NCBI GenBank assembly: GCA_965652295.1
Contig: CBFGTS010000004.1
Location: 1 to 64,000 of the forward strand
Direction: 5' to 3'
Origin: an uncultured Haloferula sp.
GTDB taxonomy: Bacteria; Verrucomicrobiota; Verrucomicrobiia; Verrucomicrobiales; Akkermansiaceae
DNA: 64,000 nt
Of the stretch, positions 50,054 to 59,758 are shown piece by piece. Numbering within the stretch: the first letter of the stretch is position 1; the number at the start of each line of letters is the position of its first letter. The notes under the pieces are model-generated. The model made no database searches, was not told the DNA's origin, and was given only the letters and a program-made list of their open reading frames with translations. A program made the position numbers and the translations under genes.

Positions 50054-50091
50054 AAAAAGCGCCGCTCCCGTGGGGGATGCGGCGCTTTTTT
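50054..50091. terminator. Bidirectional-type intrinsic terminator after the PEP-CTERM gene
   Basis: AAAAA-GCGCCGC-TCCC-gtg-GGGA-t-GCGGCGC-TTTTTT. Confidence 0.8.
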
Positions 50092-50113
50092 CAGAATCGG
50101 ACCCAGAAGGGAA

Positions 50114-50857
50114 TCAACGGCGGCGGCGGGCCAGGAGGCCGAAGCCGAGAAGGCCGAGAAGCGCGGTGGAAGGCTCGGGGACGACCTCGACCCACAGGCG
50201 GCTCTGTTGAGAATCTCCGTCGGCGTAGTAGAAGGCCAGCCCTCCTTGATCGGTCCAGGCGTTCGTGCGGACCGAGGTGAGCCAAGTCTCCGCCAGGCCT
50301 ACCGCGCTGGTTGCGTCTCCGGCAAAGGAGGAGTCAACGGAGAGATCTCCCGAGCCCAGGGTCAAATTGCTGTCTTCGATGATTTCCCAAATGCCGATCT
50401 GCATGGCAGCGGCGGAAATGTCATTCGGTGAAGCGATGAAGGACGGAAGTGCGTTGGAGAGAAACGTGCTGAGGTTGGCCTGCTTGGTCGTGTCCAAGCT
50501 CCCGAAGCCCGAGGTCACCGAGTAGCTGGCCTCCGTATCCAAACCGACGAAAAGCTCGGTGCAGAAGTCGTAGACCGAGACGCTGGAACCATCACCACGG
50601 ATCACCGAGGTTTGATAGAGCCCGACGGGATCGATGGCGTAAGTCGTTCCGCCGCTCCGCATGAGTGGGTCATTGAAGGTGACCGCCCAATTTCCGTCGG
50701 GAGCGTCCACCACCCAGCTGTTGCTGAAATGATAAGAGTTGGAGGAAAACGGAGAGGTATTGTCGTAGCCGTAGCTCCCGTCGGCGATCGACTGGGCACC
50801 GGCGGGGATGACAATCGCCACGGCGATTGCAGCCAATGAAATGCGCTTGGACAACAT
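50114..50857 (-). CDS. PEP-CTERM sorting domain protein
   Basis: Signal peptide MLSKRISLAAIAVAIVIPAGA; FCTEL and AAMQIGIWEI motifs; VPEPSTALLGLLGFGLLARRRR. Confidence 0.9.
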   Translation of the reverse strand: MLSKRISLAAIAVAIVIPAGAQSIADGSYGYDNTSPFSSNSYHFSNSWVVDAPDGNWAVTFNDPLMRSGGTTYAIDPVGLYQTSVIRGDGSSVSVYDFCTELFVGLDTEASYSVTSGFGSLDTTKQANLSTFLSNALPSFIASPNDISAAAMQIGIWEIIEDSNLTLGSGDLSVDSSFAGDATSAVGLAETWLTSVRTNAWTDQGGLAFYYADGDSQQSRLWVEVVPEPSTALLGLLGFGLLARRRR

Positions 50858-50985
50858 GGGTGGGTGGGGGTGAGGGGTGGATGCCGCGGGCCTGGGAGCG
50901 CCAACGACGACCGAGGCGATATCACGTGCGACGGTGCATGACAAGACAAGAGTTGGCCGGCTTTTCAGGGGCAGCGGCCTTTCGT

Positions 50986-51405
50986 TTACCGACGGCCTTC
51001 GTCGGCGTCGATGTAGTCCATGAACGAATGGATGTCGGTGCGGTCCTCGAACCCGGATTCCCGAATGCGGGAGGCGAGACGTTCGGCGAGGTCGTCGCGA
51101 AAGCCGCGATTCAGCATGTAGGAGCGCCACCAGGCGGATTCGTGATCGGGGCGGCTGACGCCATTCGCCCGTGCCCATTCGAGCGCTTCCTGATCGCTGG
51201 CACCGTTGCGGACGACCTCGGCAAGCGCTTCGTAATCCACGCCGAGGAACTGGCAGGTCCAGAGATCCATGCCGGAGCCGAGGTTGCCGTGGTAGTCGGA
51301 ATGGAGAGTGCCATTCTGGGCAAGGCGGACCTTGTCGCAGAGGCGGGGAAAATAGACGACGCCGTCGGTTTCGAGGCGCGGGCTGCAGGGAATCGAATCT
51401 GCCAT
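50986..51405 (-). CDS. DUF5069 domain protein
   Basis: SPR....GVVYFPRLCDKVRL..G.L..DY...G.D.....FLGV...D.DEGR. Confidence 0.8.
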   Translation of the reverse strand: MADSIPCSPRLETDGVVYFPRLCDKVRLAQNGTLHSDYHGNLGSGMDLWTCQFLGVDYEALAEVVRNGASDQEALEWARANGVSRPDHESAWWRSYMLNRGFRDDLAERLASRIRESGFEDRTDIHSFMDYIDADEGRR

Positions 51406-51513
51406 GCCGGAAACTCGAACAGGGAGCGTGCCGGGAGCAATGCGGATTTTTTCCCGGTTTCCGGGCTCGTCCGCGGCTTTGCATTCACGGCGCGGTCCGG
51501 TAGGGTCGCAAGA

Positions 51514-52497
51514 ATGCAGATGATCGGACAGGTGGTGTTGTGGGGGATCTGCGGATGGATGGCCGCCGGACCCGTGTGGGGTCAGGGGCGTTCACGTTCC
51601 TCGGATCTGCATACGGTGGCGGCTCCAAGCCCTCCGAGGCTGGCCATGAAGAGGGTTTTCCAGGGCGAGGCGAAATTCCAGGCCCTGGTGGCGAAGGCCG
51701 AGCGTGACGGTTGGCGGAAGCTGCCGCTCGGCATGCGGACGATGATGGTGGCGCGGGAAATGGTCGGGACGCCGTACGTGAACTTCACCTTGGAGGTCGA
51801 TGACCGGATCGAGAGCCCCGTGGTCAATTTCGAGGGCATGGACTGCTGGACGTATTACGAGAACGCCTTGGCCTTCGCCCGTATGCTGCGTTACAAGCCC
51901 GGCCCGTATCGGCCCGGGGACATGCTCCATATGGTGGAGCTGGAACGCTATCGGGACGGACGCTGCACGGGTAGCTACTTGAGCCGCATGCACCATCTCG
52001 AGGAGGTATTTTTCGACAACGAGCGCCGCGGCCTCGCCCGCAACATCACGGCCAGACTCCCAAATGCACAGCGCCTGCGGCGCGAGATCCGAGAGATGAC
52101 CGTGCAGTGGAAGAGCTATCGCTACCTCCGATGCAACCCGCGGCTGGTGCCGGAGGTGGGGCGGATCGAGGCGCGGGTTTCCGACCTGCCGGTCTGGCAT
52201 TTGCCAAAGGACGAGGTGCGGGCCGCCGAGAAGTATCTCGACAATGGCGACATTTGCGCGATCACCACCCACTGGAAATTCGGCTACACCTCGCACGTCG
52301 GCCTGATCATGCGTCTCAAGGGTCGCGCCTATTTCTGCCACGCCACGTCCGATCGTGACAAGGGGCGGATGACGATCATCGACCGGCCGATCACCGACTA
52401 TCTCCGCGGAAACCCGAAGCACGCGGGGATCATCGTCTGCCGGCCGCTGGACCTGCCGCCGTCGCGGATGTGGGCGAGCTCGGCCGCCTCCCGCTAG
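51514..52497 (+). CDS. DUF1460 / N-acetylmuramoyl-L-alanine amidase-like (NlpC/P60-related) protein
   Basis: Signal peptide; GTPYV..TLE, DCWTYYE..LA, RYRDG....YLSR.H, GDI, SHVG, HA.S. Confidence 0.8.
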   Translation: MQMIGQVVLWGICGWMAAGPVWGQGRSRSSDLHTVAAPSPPRLAMKRVFQGEAKFQALVAKAERDGWRKLPLGMRTMMVAREMVGTPYVNFTLEVDDRIESPVVNFEGMDCWTYYENALAFARMLRYKPGPYRPGDMLHMVELERYRDGRCTGSYLSRMHHLEEVFFDNERRGLARNITARLPNAQRLRREIREMTVQWKSYRYLRCNPRLVPEVGRIEARVSDLPVWHLPKDEVRAAEKYLDNGDICAITTHWKFGYTSHVGLIMRLKGRAYFCHATSDRDKGRMTIIDRPITDYLRGNPKHAGIIVCRPLDLPPSRMWASSAASR

Positions 52498-52539
52498 AAG
52501 AGTATTTTCGAGCTTGCCGTATCCCGGGTAGCGGTGTTT

Positions 52540-52553
52540 TGTTCTCGCGAACA
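52540..52553. promoter_or_regulatory. Verrucomicrobia-type LexA (SOS) box
   Basis: Perfect TGTTC-tcgc-GAACA 14 nt upstream of the lexA ATG; additional half-site TGTTC at 52555. Confidence 0.85.
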
Positions 52554-52567
52554 CTGTTCTAAAAGCC

Positions 52568-53182
52568 ATGCACGAGCGACTCACCCAGCGCCAGGAGGAG
52601 ATCCTGGCCTACCTCAAGGAATACCAGCGGATGTGCGGCCTGATGCCCTCGACCCGCGAAATCCAGCATTTCTTCGGTTTCGCGAGCCAGACGGCGGCGA
52701 TGAGCCACCTGCGGGCGCTGGAAAGGAAGGGTGCCATCCAGCGTCTGCCGAACAAGGCGCGCGCCGTGGTTTTCCCTGAGGACCTCGATCGGGAGCGGAT
52801 CGTGGATATTCCGATTTATGGCTCGATCGCCGCGGGTATGGCGCAGGACGCACCTCCGGAAAACGAAGGCTGCGTCTCGATCGACATCGCCACTCTGGGC
52901 ATCCGCCCAACGGCCCGGACCTTCGCGCTCAAGGTGCGGGGCGACTCGATGATCGACGCCCACATTTGTGACGGTGACACGGTGATTCTCGAATTCCGCG
53001 AGCCTCGCAAGGGCGATATCGTCGCGGCTCTGATCGATGGGGAGACCACGCTCAAGCGCTACGTCATCCAGGACCGCAAGCCGTACCTGAAGGCCGAGAA
53101 TCCCGACTACCCCGATCTGATTCCGGCTCGCGAACTGGTGATCCAAGGCGTGCTCATCGGCCTGCTGAGGAAAGCGGCTTGA
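52568..53182 (+). CDS. lexA: Transcriptional repressor LexA
   Basis: LTQRQ.EIL, PSTREI, HLRALERKG, IAAG cleavage site, GDSM (Ser), TTLK (Lys). Confidence 0.96.
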   Translation: MHERLTQRQEEILAYLKEYQRMCGLMPSTREIQHFFGFASQTAAMSHLRALERKGAIQRLPNKARAVVFPEDLDRERIVDIPIYGSIAAGMAQDAPPENEGCVSIDIATLGIRPTARTFALKVRGDSMIDAHICDGDTVILEFREPRKGDIVAALIDGETTLKRYVIQDRKPYLKAENPDYPDLIPARELVIQGVLIGLLRKAA

Positions 53183-53260
53183 GGGGCGGGGGGCATTGAG
53201 TCGCTCCGTTGCCGGAGCGGGTTTAAGCGACGTGCCCCCCTGGACGAGTTCGCTTCCGCC

Positions 53261-54163
53261 TCAAGCAGGCGGCTGTTCCTGCCGCTCCAGGCGATTCGGA
53301 ATGCGGATCCAGCTCGAAGCCGGCTTCACCGGCCAACCCGGCTCGGCGGGGGTCCAGACTTTTTTCCGTGCATGGTCGCGGAGCCAGGCCGCCCACCAAC
53401 TGAACGAGCTGTTGGCCACGATGGCGTGCTGACAGGCAGCCATCAGTCGGAAATCGCGAAGCTCGTCGTCGGCGGGTTGGTGGAAACGCACGGGCAGGCG
53501 TCCGAAATCGAGGTTCTCAGCCGCCCATTCCGGATCGTCACCAAACACCTCGAAGCGCGGCGAGGTCAAGGTGTCGGACGCGCGTGAGATGGCGGAGGCG
53601 TAGTATCCGGCACCCAGGCGGGGCGAGTAGCGGTTTCGGCGGACGTGGATGAAAACGGATTCGGTCGCCGCGATTTCTTCTTCCAGCTTTCGATCGGCTG
53701 CGGTTTCAAACGTGGGTGGTTCGAGCTCTTCCCGGAGGTGCAGCGCTTGCGATTCGAAGCAGGAAGGATCCTGCCAATAGCCGTTGAGGTAAACGACCGC
53801 TCTGCGGCTCTGGAAACGGAGCAGATCGCTGGCCTCCCCGCCTTGTCGCTCCGCGAAATAGCAGCGGAGGATTCTTGGAAGGAGACGATCCATTCCACGC
53901 ACCCAGCGGTGTTTGAAAGAGCGTGGACTGCCGAGACGCAGGGAAGCGGGCGCGGGCTCGGCGACGACCGGAAAGCGATCGAGCCGGAACGTACGTCCAT
54001 AGCCATCCAGCTCGAAACCAGATTCGTTATCAAGGTAGAGCTGCCTCCTCGTGCGAAGCGAGTAGGCGCGCGCACCGGCATAGGCGAAGAGCTGGTTGCC
54101 CAAACCTCCTTTGATGATGGCGACCACGCAGGGAAGGCGGGGACGGGTGCGTGAGTCGGTCAT
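53261..54163 (-). CDS. Alpha-1,2-fucosyltransferase family (GT11)
   Basis: GGLGNQLF.YA, GYWQ, HVRR, NSSFSWWAAWL. Confidence 0.9.
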   Translation of the reverse strand: MTDSRTRPRLPCVVAIIKGGLGNQLFAYAGARAYSLRTRRQLYLDNESGFELDGYGRTFRLDRFPVVAEPAPASLRLGSPRSFKHRWVRGMDRLLPRILRCYFAERQGGEASDLLRFQSRRAVVYLNGYWQDPSCFESQALHLREELEPPTFETAADRKLEEEIAATESVFIHVRRNRYSPRLGAGYYASAISRASDTLTSPRFEVFGDDPEWAAENLDFGRLPVRFHQPADDELRDFRLMAACQHAIVANSSFSWWAAWLRDHARKKVWTPAEPGWPVKPASSWIRIPNRLERQEQPPA

Positions 54164-55341
54164 TGGAATCGTTCGAGGCTCGTGCGGAGGAAGTCCAGGT
54201 TTTCCGGGTGGGCCCGGGCCCAGCGCTCAAGTTCCGCGCGGACACGAGCGACATGCGCTGATACGCCTTCGGGGTCAAGACGCGTCCCATAGTCGGAATT
54301 TCCCGTGAGGATGGCAGCCAATAATTGCTGACCGAGCGGTGGGGTGAAATGAAAGAGGTCGATCCAGTGCTCCATCTGTCCTTGCTCGGGCAGCCGCTCG
54401 GCATTGAGGGGGTGGGCGTCCTGAAAGTCCCAGAATTCGACAGGGATGGCCTCGGGGGACCGTCGGTTCGCTTCTTCAGCCAGCTCCGCCAAGGCCAGGC
54501 GATCGCGCTCGAACCAAGGATCCGCGGCACCGAGTTCGTGAAACGCCAGCTGGAACAGCACGTGGTTCGGCGGCATGACGAGAATCAGCCGGGTGTTTTT
54601 CTCCCGGCACTGGCGGATGATGTCCCGGACTTCGTTCATTTTGAAGTCGGAGACGGAGGCGTAGGCATTCCGGTTGCGGGCCACGCGGACGATGGTCGAT
54701 AGGTATAGACCGGCGATCTGCTGCCGCGGGTGAACCAAGCGTTCCGCCTCACGCCGGAAACCCGAGGACGAATAGGTGGTCAGCTCCCGTGTGGCCGCCC
54801 TCTGGAGCACGGCGGCTGAGGCGGACAGAGCGGAGACCCCGCAGTGATAGCGGAGCCAGCTTTCCGCCCCTTCATTTCCAGGGAAAAGAGGGGAGGTGCT
54901 GAAATCACCGAGCCCCCTGCCGCCGCGGGCTCCGGGCGTGGTGAGATCCCCGGCGTCGATGAAGAAAATCACCAACTCCGGGCGCTCCTGATGGGACATG
55001 AAGTAGTCGAACGCGGCCTTGTTTTCGTGAAGCAGCCCGGCGTTGAGGCCTAGGTTCACGGCGTTCCGCGAGGCCAAGGGAGGGCGGCCCGGAGCGATGC
55101 CGATATCCACCCGGGACGAGCCGAACACGGCCGCGCTCCAAGGCTTGCTTGAGGCGAGGCCTGCTTTGCAGGTCCGGGAAAAATCCCGCTCGATGTCCCG
55201 GTAGGCGTCGAGCCTTTCCGACGACCACGGCATCCCGGTGATCCGCCATGGATTGACCCAGGTGTTCAGGAAAAAGCCGCCCGCCACCAGCAGGACGAGC
55301 AGGCCCTGAAAGCATCGGCGGAAGCGGAGGAGGCCATTCAT
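54160..55341 (-). CDS. Membrane-anchored SGNH-like (DltD/AlgJ-like) MBOAT partner, copy 1
   Basis: N-terminal TM, VNPW, FGSSR, NLG, WDF..HPLN, DLFH (DxxH). Confidence 0.7.
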   Translation of the reverse strand: MNGLLRFRRCFQGLLVLLVAGGFFLNTWVNPWRITGMPWSSERLDAYRDIERDFSRTCKAGLASSKPWSAAVFGSSRVDIGIAPGRPPLASRNAVNLGLNAGLLHENKAAFDYFMSHQERPELVIFFIDAGDLTTPGARGGRGLGDFSTSPLFPGNEGAESWLRYHCGVSALSASAAVLQRAATRELTTYSSSGFRREAERLVHPRQQIAGLYLSTIVRVARNRNAYASVSDFKMNEVRDIIRQCREKNTRLILVMPPNHVLFQLAFHELGAADPWFERDRLALAELAEEANRRSPEAIPVEFWDFQDAHPLNAERLPEQGQMEHWIDLFHFTPPLGQQLLAAILTGNSDYGTRLDPEGVSAHVARVRAELERWARAHPENLDFLRTSLERFQ

Positions 55342-55350
55342 GATCCCGGG

Positions 55351-56832
55351 TCAGAACTGGTAGTAGATGAACTCGCTGACCTTGTCGAATTGGAGTCCGA
55401 TGATGCCGACGAGCACGACCATGCCCAGCAAGTGGACGGCCGTGGGACGCCACTGCCACCAACGGCGCGGGCCAACGATCCGAGTTCCCAGCGCCGGCTG
55501 GTAACGTGCCAGGAACTCCTGAGTGTTGGGCAGGAACCAACACGCCAGGAGGGCGGGGATCAGCTTGATCGGTGAGTTGCTGGCTGCGACCCGTAAGGCT
55601 TTGTCCGGCCAGCCACCGAAACCCTCGGCTCCGGACATTGATGCCAGCAAACGCATCGCGGTATCGAAGTCCGCGGCGCGGAAAAAGACCCACGCGACCA
55701 GAGTGGCAAGGAAGGTCAGGGAAACCGCCGCAGGCGTCGGCAACGCAGACCATCCTTTCGATTTCCTCAGATGATGCCAACCGTGGTTGACGCAGAGGTA
55801 GAGCCCGTGGATGCCGCCCCAGGCCAAAAAGGTCCAGCTCGCGCCGTGCCACAAGCCGCCGAGCAGCATGGTGAGCAGCAGGTTTCCATATCGTCTCGCC
55901 GGCCCGTTGCGGTTGCCGCCGAGGGGGATGTAAAGGTAGTCGCGGAGAAAGCGCGAGAGGGTCATGTGCCAGCGGCGCCAGAAGTCGATGATCGACGTCG
56001 CCTTGTAGGGAGAGGCGAAGTTGAGCGGCAGGCGGATGCCGAAGAACCGCGCCGAGCCGATGGCCATGTCCGAGTAGCCCGAGAAATCGAAGTAGATCTG
56101 AAGCGCGTAGGCGATCGCCGCCGTCCAGGCCTCGGCCATCGTGAGCGGCCGGTCGCCTTGCTCCGCCACCCGGAACAAGGCGCTTGCGATGGGGGCGAGG
56201 TTGTCCGCGATGACGACCTTCTTGAAGAGGCCGATCACCAGGAAAACCACGGCGACCGGGAAATCGCGGTTCCACCGGGCGAGCGGACGTTTCCGCGTGA
56301 ACTGCGGCATCATTTCCCCGTGGTGGACGATCGGTCCGGCGATGAGCTGGGGGAAGAAGGTGACGAAAAGCAGGTAGTCGGTGAGGTGGTATTCGCGTGT
56401 TTCCCCCTTCCAGGCATCGACGAGGTAGGCGATCTGCTGGAAGGTGAAAAACGAGATGCCCAACGGCAGGACGATGGAGGGAATGTCCTGCGGCCACCCG
56501 GTCAGATCGCGCAGCGTGGTCGCGAAGAGGCCGGTGTATTTGTAGTAGCCGAGCAAGGCGAGGTTGGCGGCGACGCCCGCGACGAGCATCCGCTTGCCAC
56601 CCGGCCCGGGATGCCCCGCGAGGAAGCGGCCGAAGAAGAAATTGGCCAGGCACGATCCGGCGATCAGCGGGACATAGGCGGGGTTCCAGTAGCCGTAGTA
56701 GACAAGGCTGGCCGCGACCAGCCATCCGAAGGCGGCGCGGCGAGGGACGCGCAGCGGCCCGATCAGCAGGTGAAACCCGACCACCGCGACCGGCAAGAAC
56801 AGCAGCAGGTAAGTGTAGCTGTTGAAGAGCAC
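55351..56832 (-). CDS. MBOAT family O-acyltransferase (AlgI/DltB/PatA-like), copy 1
   Basis: PLGISFFTFQ, FFPQLIAGPI, YFDFSGYSDMA, FWRRWH, GLWHG, C-terminal FIYYQF. Confidence 0.95.
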   Translation of the reverse strand: MLFNSYTYLLLFLPVAVVGFHLLIGPLRVPRRAAFGWLVAASLVYYGYWNPAYVPLIAGSCLANFFFGRFLAGHPGPGGKRMLVAGVAANLALLGYYKYTGLFATTLRDLTGWPQDIPSIVLPLGISFFTFQQIAYLVDAWKGETREYHLTDYLLFVTFFPQLIAGPIVHHGEMMPQFTRKRPLARWNRDFPVAVVFLVIGLFKKVVIADNLAPIASALFRVAEQGDRPLTMAEAWTAAIAYALQIYFDFSGYSDMAIGSARFFGIRLPLNFASPYKATSIIDFWRRWHMTLSRFLRDYLYIPLGGNRNGPARRYGNLLLTMLLGGLWHGASWTFLAWGGIHGLYLCVNHGWHHLRKSKGWSALPTPAAVSLTFLATLVAWVFFRAADFDTAMRLLASMSGAEGFGGWPDKALRVAASNSPIKLIPALLACWFLPNTQEFLARYQPALGTRIVGPRRWWQWRPTAVHLLGMVVLVGIIGLQFDKVSEFIYYQF

Positions 56833-56861
56833 TTCCTTGTTTGGGGGCGAGGGAGAACCAG

Positions 56862-58094
56862 TCAGGGATCATGCTCGGAAGGAGCTGATTCGAAGCGCTC
56901 GATCCCTTCTACCATCCACTTCCACAATCGTGGATTTTCGCTTTTGAAACGGTCGTAGCCTTCTTTGATGGAGGCGATTCGCTGCTCAAGGTTTTCCGCG
57001 GTCAACTGGATCCCGTAGTCCCGCCCTTCTTCCTCCACGGGCCACCCCATGATTCTTTCGAGCATCACATCTCCCAGCGTCTTGCGGGCGTGGGTTCCGT
57101 CCAGCCACCAGTGCATCTGACCACCCACAGGCGGGACGGGCTCGCAATTGAGCGGGTGGAAATCGTTAAAATCCCAGATCTCGGCAGGAGGCGCATCGGG
57201 GTGGGCTTCATTGGATTCCCGGACCAGCCGGGTGAGCGCCTCACGGTCGAGTCCGAAGGCAGCATCCGGATCGCCCAGGTAGTGCAGGGTCCCGATGTAC
57301 GTAGCGTGGCTCGGAGGAATTAGAATGACGATGCGACAGCCATGTTTTTTGCCATCCTGCAGGATGTTTTGCAGCATGCGTGTCTTGTCCGGGCTGATCT
57401 CAAGGAAATGCCGGCGGACGCGGGTCGTCCGGACGGCATGGCCGATTGCGTGGCGGGCGATAACCTCCGCGACATTGACGGGCTCTTGAGGTCTGGATCG
57501 ATGGCCGCGGGGAGTGTACTCAGGAAGTTCTCTGTTCGCTTGGTTGATGAGGGTTTGGACGGAACTTTCAAAGCTTGAGACTCCGAAAAGATAGCGAAGC
57601 TCCCGCTCCACCGGGTCGCCGAGCTCGTAGAAACGGGACTCCGTGAAACCGACGTCGGCGAAACCTTGGAACTCACGGACCATGTCGGAAACATCGACGC
57701 CGATGATGGCAAGATCGATGGGGGCGTGGGTCACAGCGTAGTGAAAGATCCTCTCGGTTTCCGCCAGGGCTCCCGCGCTGACGGCTAGGTTGATCGCTTT
57801 CCGCTCACCCCATCCGGGGTGCTCGGGGTCGAGGGCGATGTCCACGCGGGATGAACCGAAGAAAGCGGTATCCCAAGGAGTGGAGGTGACCATACCCGCC
57901 TTGGCCGTCCGCTGGTGACGGTAGATGGGACGGAATTCGGCGAATGCCTCGTTCGTCCAAGGTGCCTTGGTCACCCACAAGGGGTTCACCCAGGTGTTGA
58001 TGGCTGCGAAGGAGACGATGAGCCATCCGAGGCAGATGAGCACGCCGCGGGAGTAGCGGCGGAATGATGGACCCTGATGCCGGGGTAAAGACAT
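56862..58094 (-). CDS. Membrane-anchored SGNH-like MBOAT partner, copy 2
   Basis: N-terminal TM, VNPLW, FGSSR, NLA, WDF..HPLN, DGTH. Confidence 0.7.
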   Translation of the reverse strand: MSLPRHQGPSFRRYSRGVLICLGWLIVSFAAINTWVNPLWVTKAPWTNEAFAEFRPIYRHQRTAKAGMVTSTPWDTAFFGSSRVDIALDPEHPGWGERKAINLAVSAGALAETERIFHYAVTHAPIDLAIIGVDVSDMVREFQGFADVGFTESRFYELGDPVERELRYLFGVSSFESSVQTLINQANRELPEYTPRGHRSRPQEPVNVAEVIARHAIGHAVRTTRVRRHFLEISPDKTRMLQNILQDGKKHGCRIVILIPPSHATYIGTLHYLGDPDAAFGLDREALTRLVRESNEAHPDAPPAEIWDFNDFHPLNCEPVPPVGGQMHWWLDGTHARKTLGDVMLERIMGWPVEEEGRDYGIQLTAENLEQRIASIKEGYDRFKSENPRLWKWMVEGIERFESAPSEHDP

Positions 58095-58097
58095 GGC

Positions 58098-59648
58098 TCA
58101 GAACTGGAAATAGATGAAGTCGCTCAGCTTGTCGAACTGGTAGATGGTGCCGACGAAGAGCAGGAAGGTGATGATGGCCCAAGGTGTGGTGGGACGCCAC
58201 TGCCACCATTGCCGGCGTCCGAGTCTCCCGCCCGGCATGGTTTCCAGCCCGAGGCAGGGCTTGTAGCGACGCAGGAACTGCTGAGTATTCGGAAGAAACC
58301 AGACGAGGAGGACGCAGCCCATCGCCCGTATTCCGTGCCGTTCCTTCACAACGTAGGCGCTTTCGTCGGGCCAGCCTTGGATGCCATGGAATCCGAACAT
58401 CGAGGCAAAGATCGACCCGGTGGCCTTGATGGCGGCGGTGGTGGAGCCGCTGGCACCTTGCTCATAAGCACCCGCGCGGAAAGGGACCCACGCGATGACC
58501 ACCGCTGCAAAGGTCAGAACGATGGCAACGGGCTTTGGGATAGGAGGGAGTCTCGTCCACGCCTTCCGTGCGGCAAACCACGCGTGGTTCAAGCAGAGGC
58601 AGAGACCGTGCAGCACACCCCACAGCAGGAAGGTCCAGCCTGCACCGTGCCACAGGCCCCCCAGGGCCATGGTAATCATCAGGTTGAAGTAGCGGCGCGG
58701 TTTGCCGTAACGATTTCCCCCAAGTGGAATATAGAGGTAATCGCGGAGAAAGCGGGATAGCGTGACGTGCCAGCGGTGCCAGAAGTCCACGACCGAGGTG
58801 GCCTTGTAGGGAGAGTGAAAATTGAGAGGTAGCCGGATCCCGAAAAGCCTCGCGGCTCCGATGGCGATGTCGGAATAGCCGGAGAAATCGAAGTAAATCT
58901 GGAGCGCATAGGTCACCCCGGCAACCCATGCCTCGCCCATGGTCAAAGGCCGCTCGCCGACTGCGGCCATGTCGAACAGCAGGTTGGCGATGGGCGAGAG
59001 GTTGTCGGCGATGACCACCTTTTTGAAAAGGCCGATGGCGATGATGGTGAGCCCGACGGAGGTGTTGACGCCGAAATGGAGGCGACCGACCCGGCGATCG
59101 AACTGAGGGAGCATCTCCTTGTGGTGAACGATGGGCCCGGCGATGAGCTGCGGGAAAAAGGTCACGAACAACAGGTAGTCGGTGAAGTTGTACTCCTTGG
59201 TTTCCTGCCTGTAGGCATCGACGAGGTAGGCGATCTGTTGGAAGGTGAAGAAGGAAATGCCCAGTGGCAGGATGACATCCGGTATGGACGCCTCTCCGCC
59301 GGTGAGGGCGGCAAGGGTTTTGGCGAAGAGCCCGGAGTACTTGTAGTAGCCGAGCAGGGCGAGATTGGCGGTCACCCCGACGGCGAGCATCCGCTTGCCG
59401 CGGGGGCCGTGGTGCAGGGCGAGGTAGCGTCCGAAGAAGTAGTTGGCGCAGGTGGAGCCAAGGATGAGGGCAAGGTAGGCGGGGCTCCAGGGGCTTGAGG
59501 GGTCAGGATTCCACCAGCCGTAGTAAACGAGGCTCATCAGCACCAACCAAGCGACGCCGCCACGAGTTCCGCGGGCCGAGATCAGCTGGAACCCGATGAA
59601 AACCAAGGGGAGGAAGCCCAGAAGGAATGTGTAGGAATTGAAGATCAT
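58098..59648 (-). CDS. MBOAT family O-acyltransferase, copy 2
   Basis: Same motif set as copy 1; C-terminal FIYFQF. Confidence 0.95.
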   Translation of the reverse strand: MIFNSYTFLLGFLPLVFIGFQLISARGTRGGVAWLVLMSLVYYGWWNPDPSSPWSPAYLALILGSTCANYFFGRYLALHHGPRGKRMLAVGVTANLALLGYYKYSGLFAKTLAALTGGEASIPDVILPLGISFFTFQQIAYLVDAYRQETKEYNFTDYLLFVTFFPQLIAGPIVHHKEMLPQFDRRVGRLHFGVNTSVGLTIIAIGLFKKVVIADNLSPIANLLFDMAAVGERPLTMGEAWVAGVTYALQIYFDFSGYSDIAIGAARLFGIRLPLNFHSPYKATSVVDFWHRWHVTLSRFLRDYLYIPLGGNRYGKPRRYFNLMITMALGGLWHGAGWTFLLWGVLHGLCLCLNHAWFAARKAWTRLPPIPKPVAIVLTFAAVVIAWVPFRAGAYEQGASGSTTAAIKATGSIFASMFGFHGIQGWPDESAYVVKERHGIRAMGCVLLVWFLPNTQQFLRRYKPCLGLETMPGGRLGRRQWWQWRPTTPWAIITFLLFVGTIYQFDKLSDFIYFQF

Positions 59649-59758
59649 CCAGCGTAGTGGGACCGGACGGCGAGGCTGTCACAGGGGCCATGGCGGGCAA
59701 GGCCGAATTCGGGGATCCGTGTCTTGACCAAGGGCGTCCCGCCATGGGAAGGGGGGCA

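Noticed and set aside
50858..51513. Long N-terminal extensions of ORFs 50114..51484 and 50827..52497
   Set aside because: They overlap the DUF5069 gene; signal peptides start at 50857 and 51514.
53186..53240. Nested hairpin between lexA and GT11 as an ncRNA
   Set aside because: Adequately explained as a terminator-like structure between convergent genes; no family features recognised.
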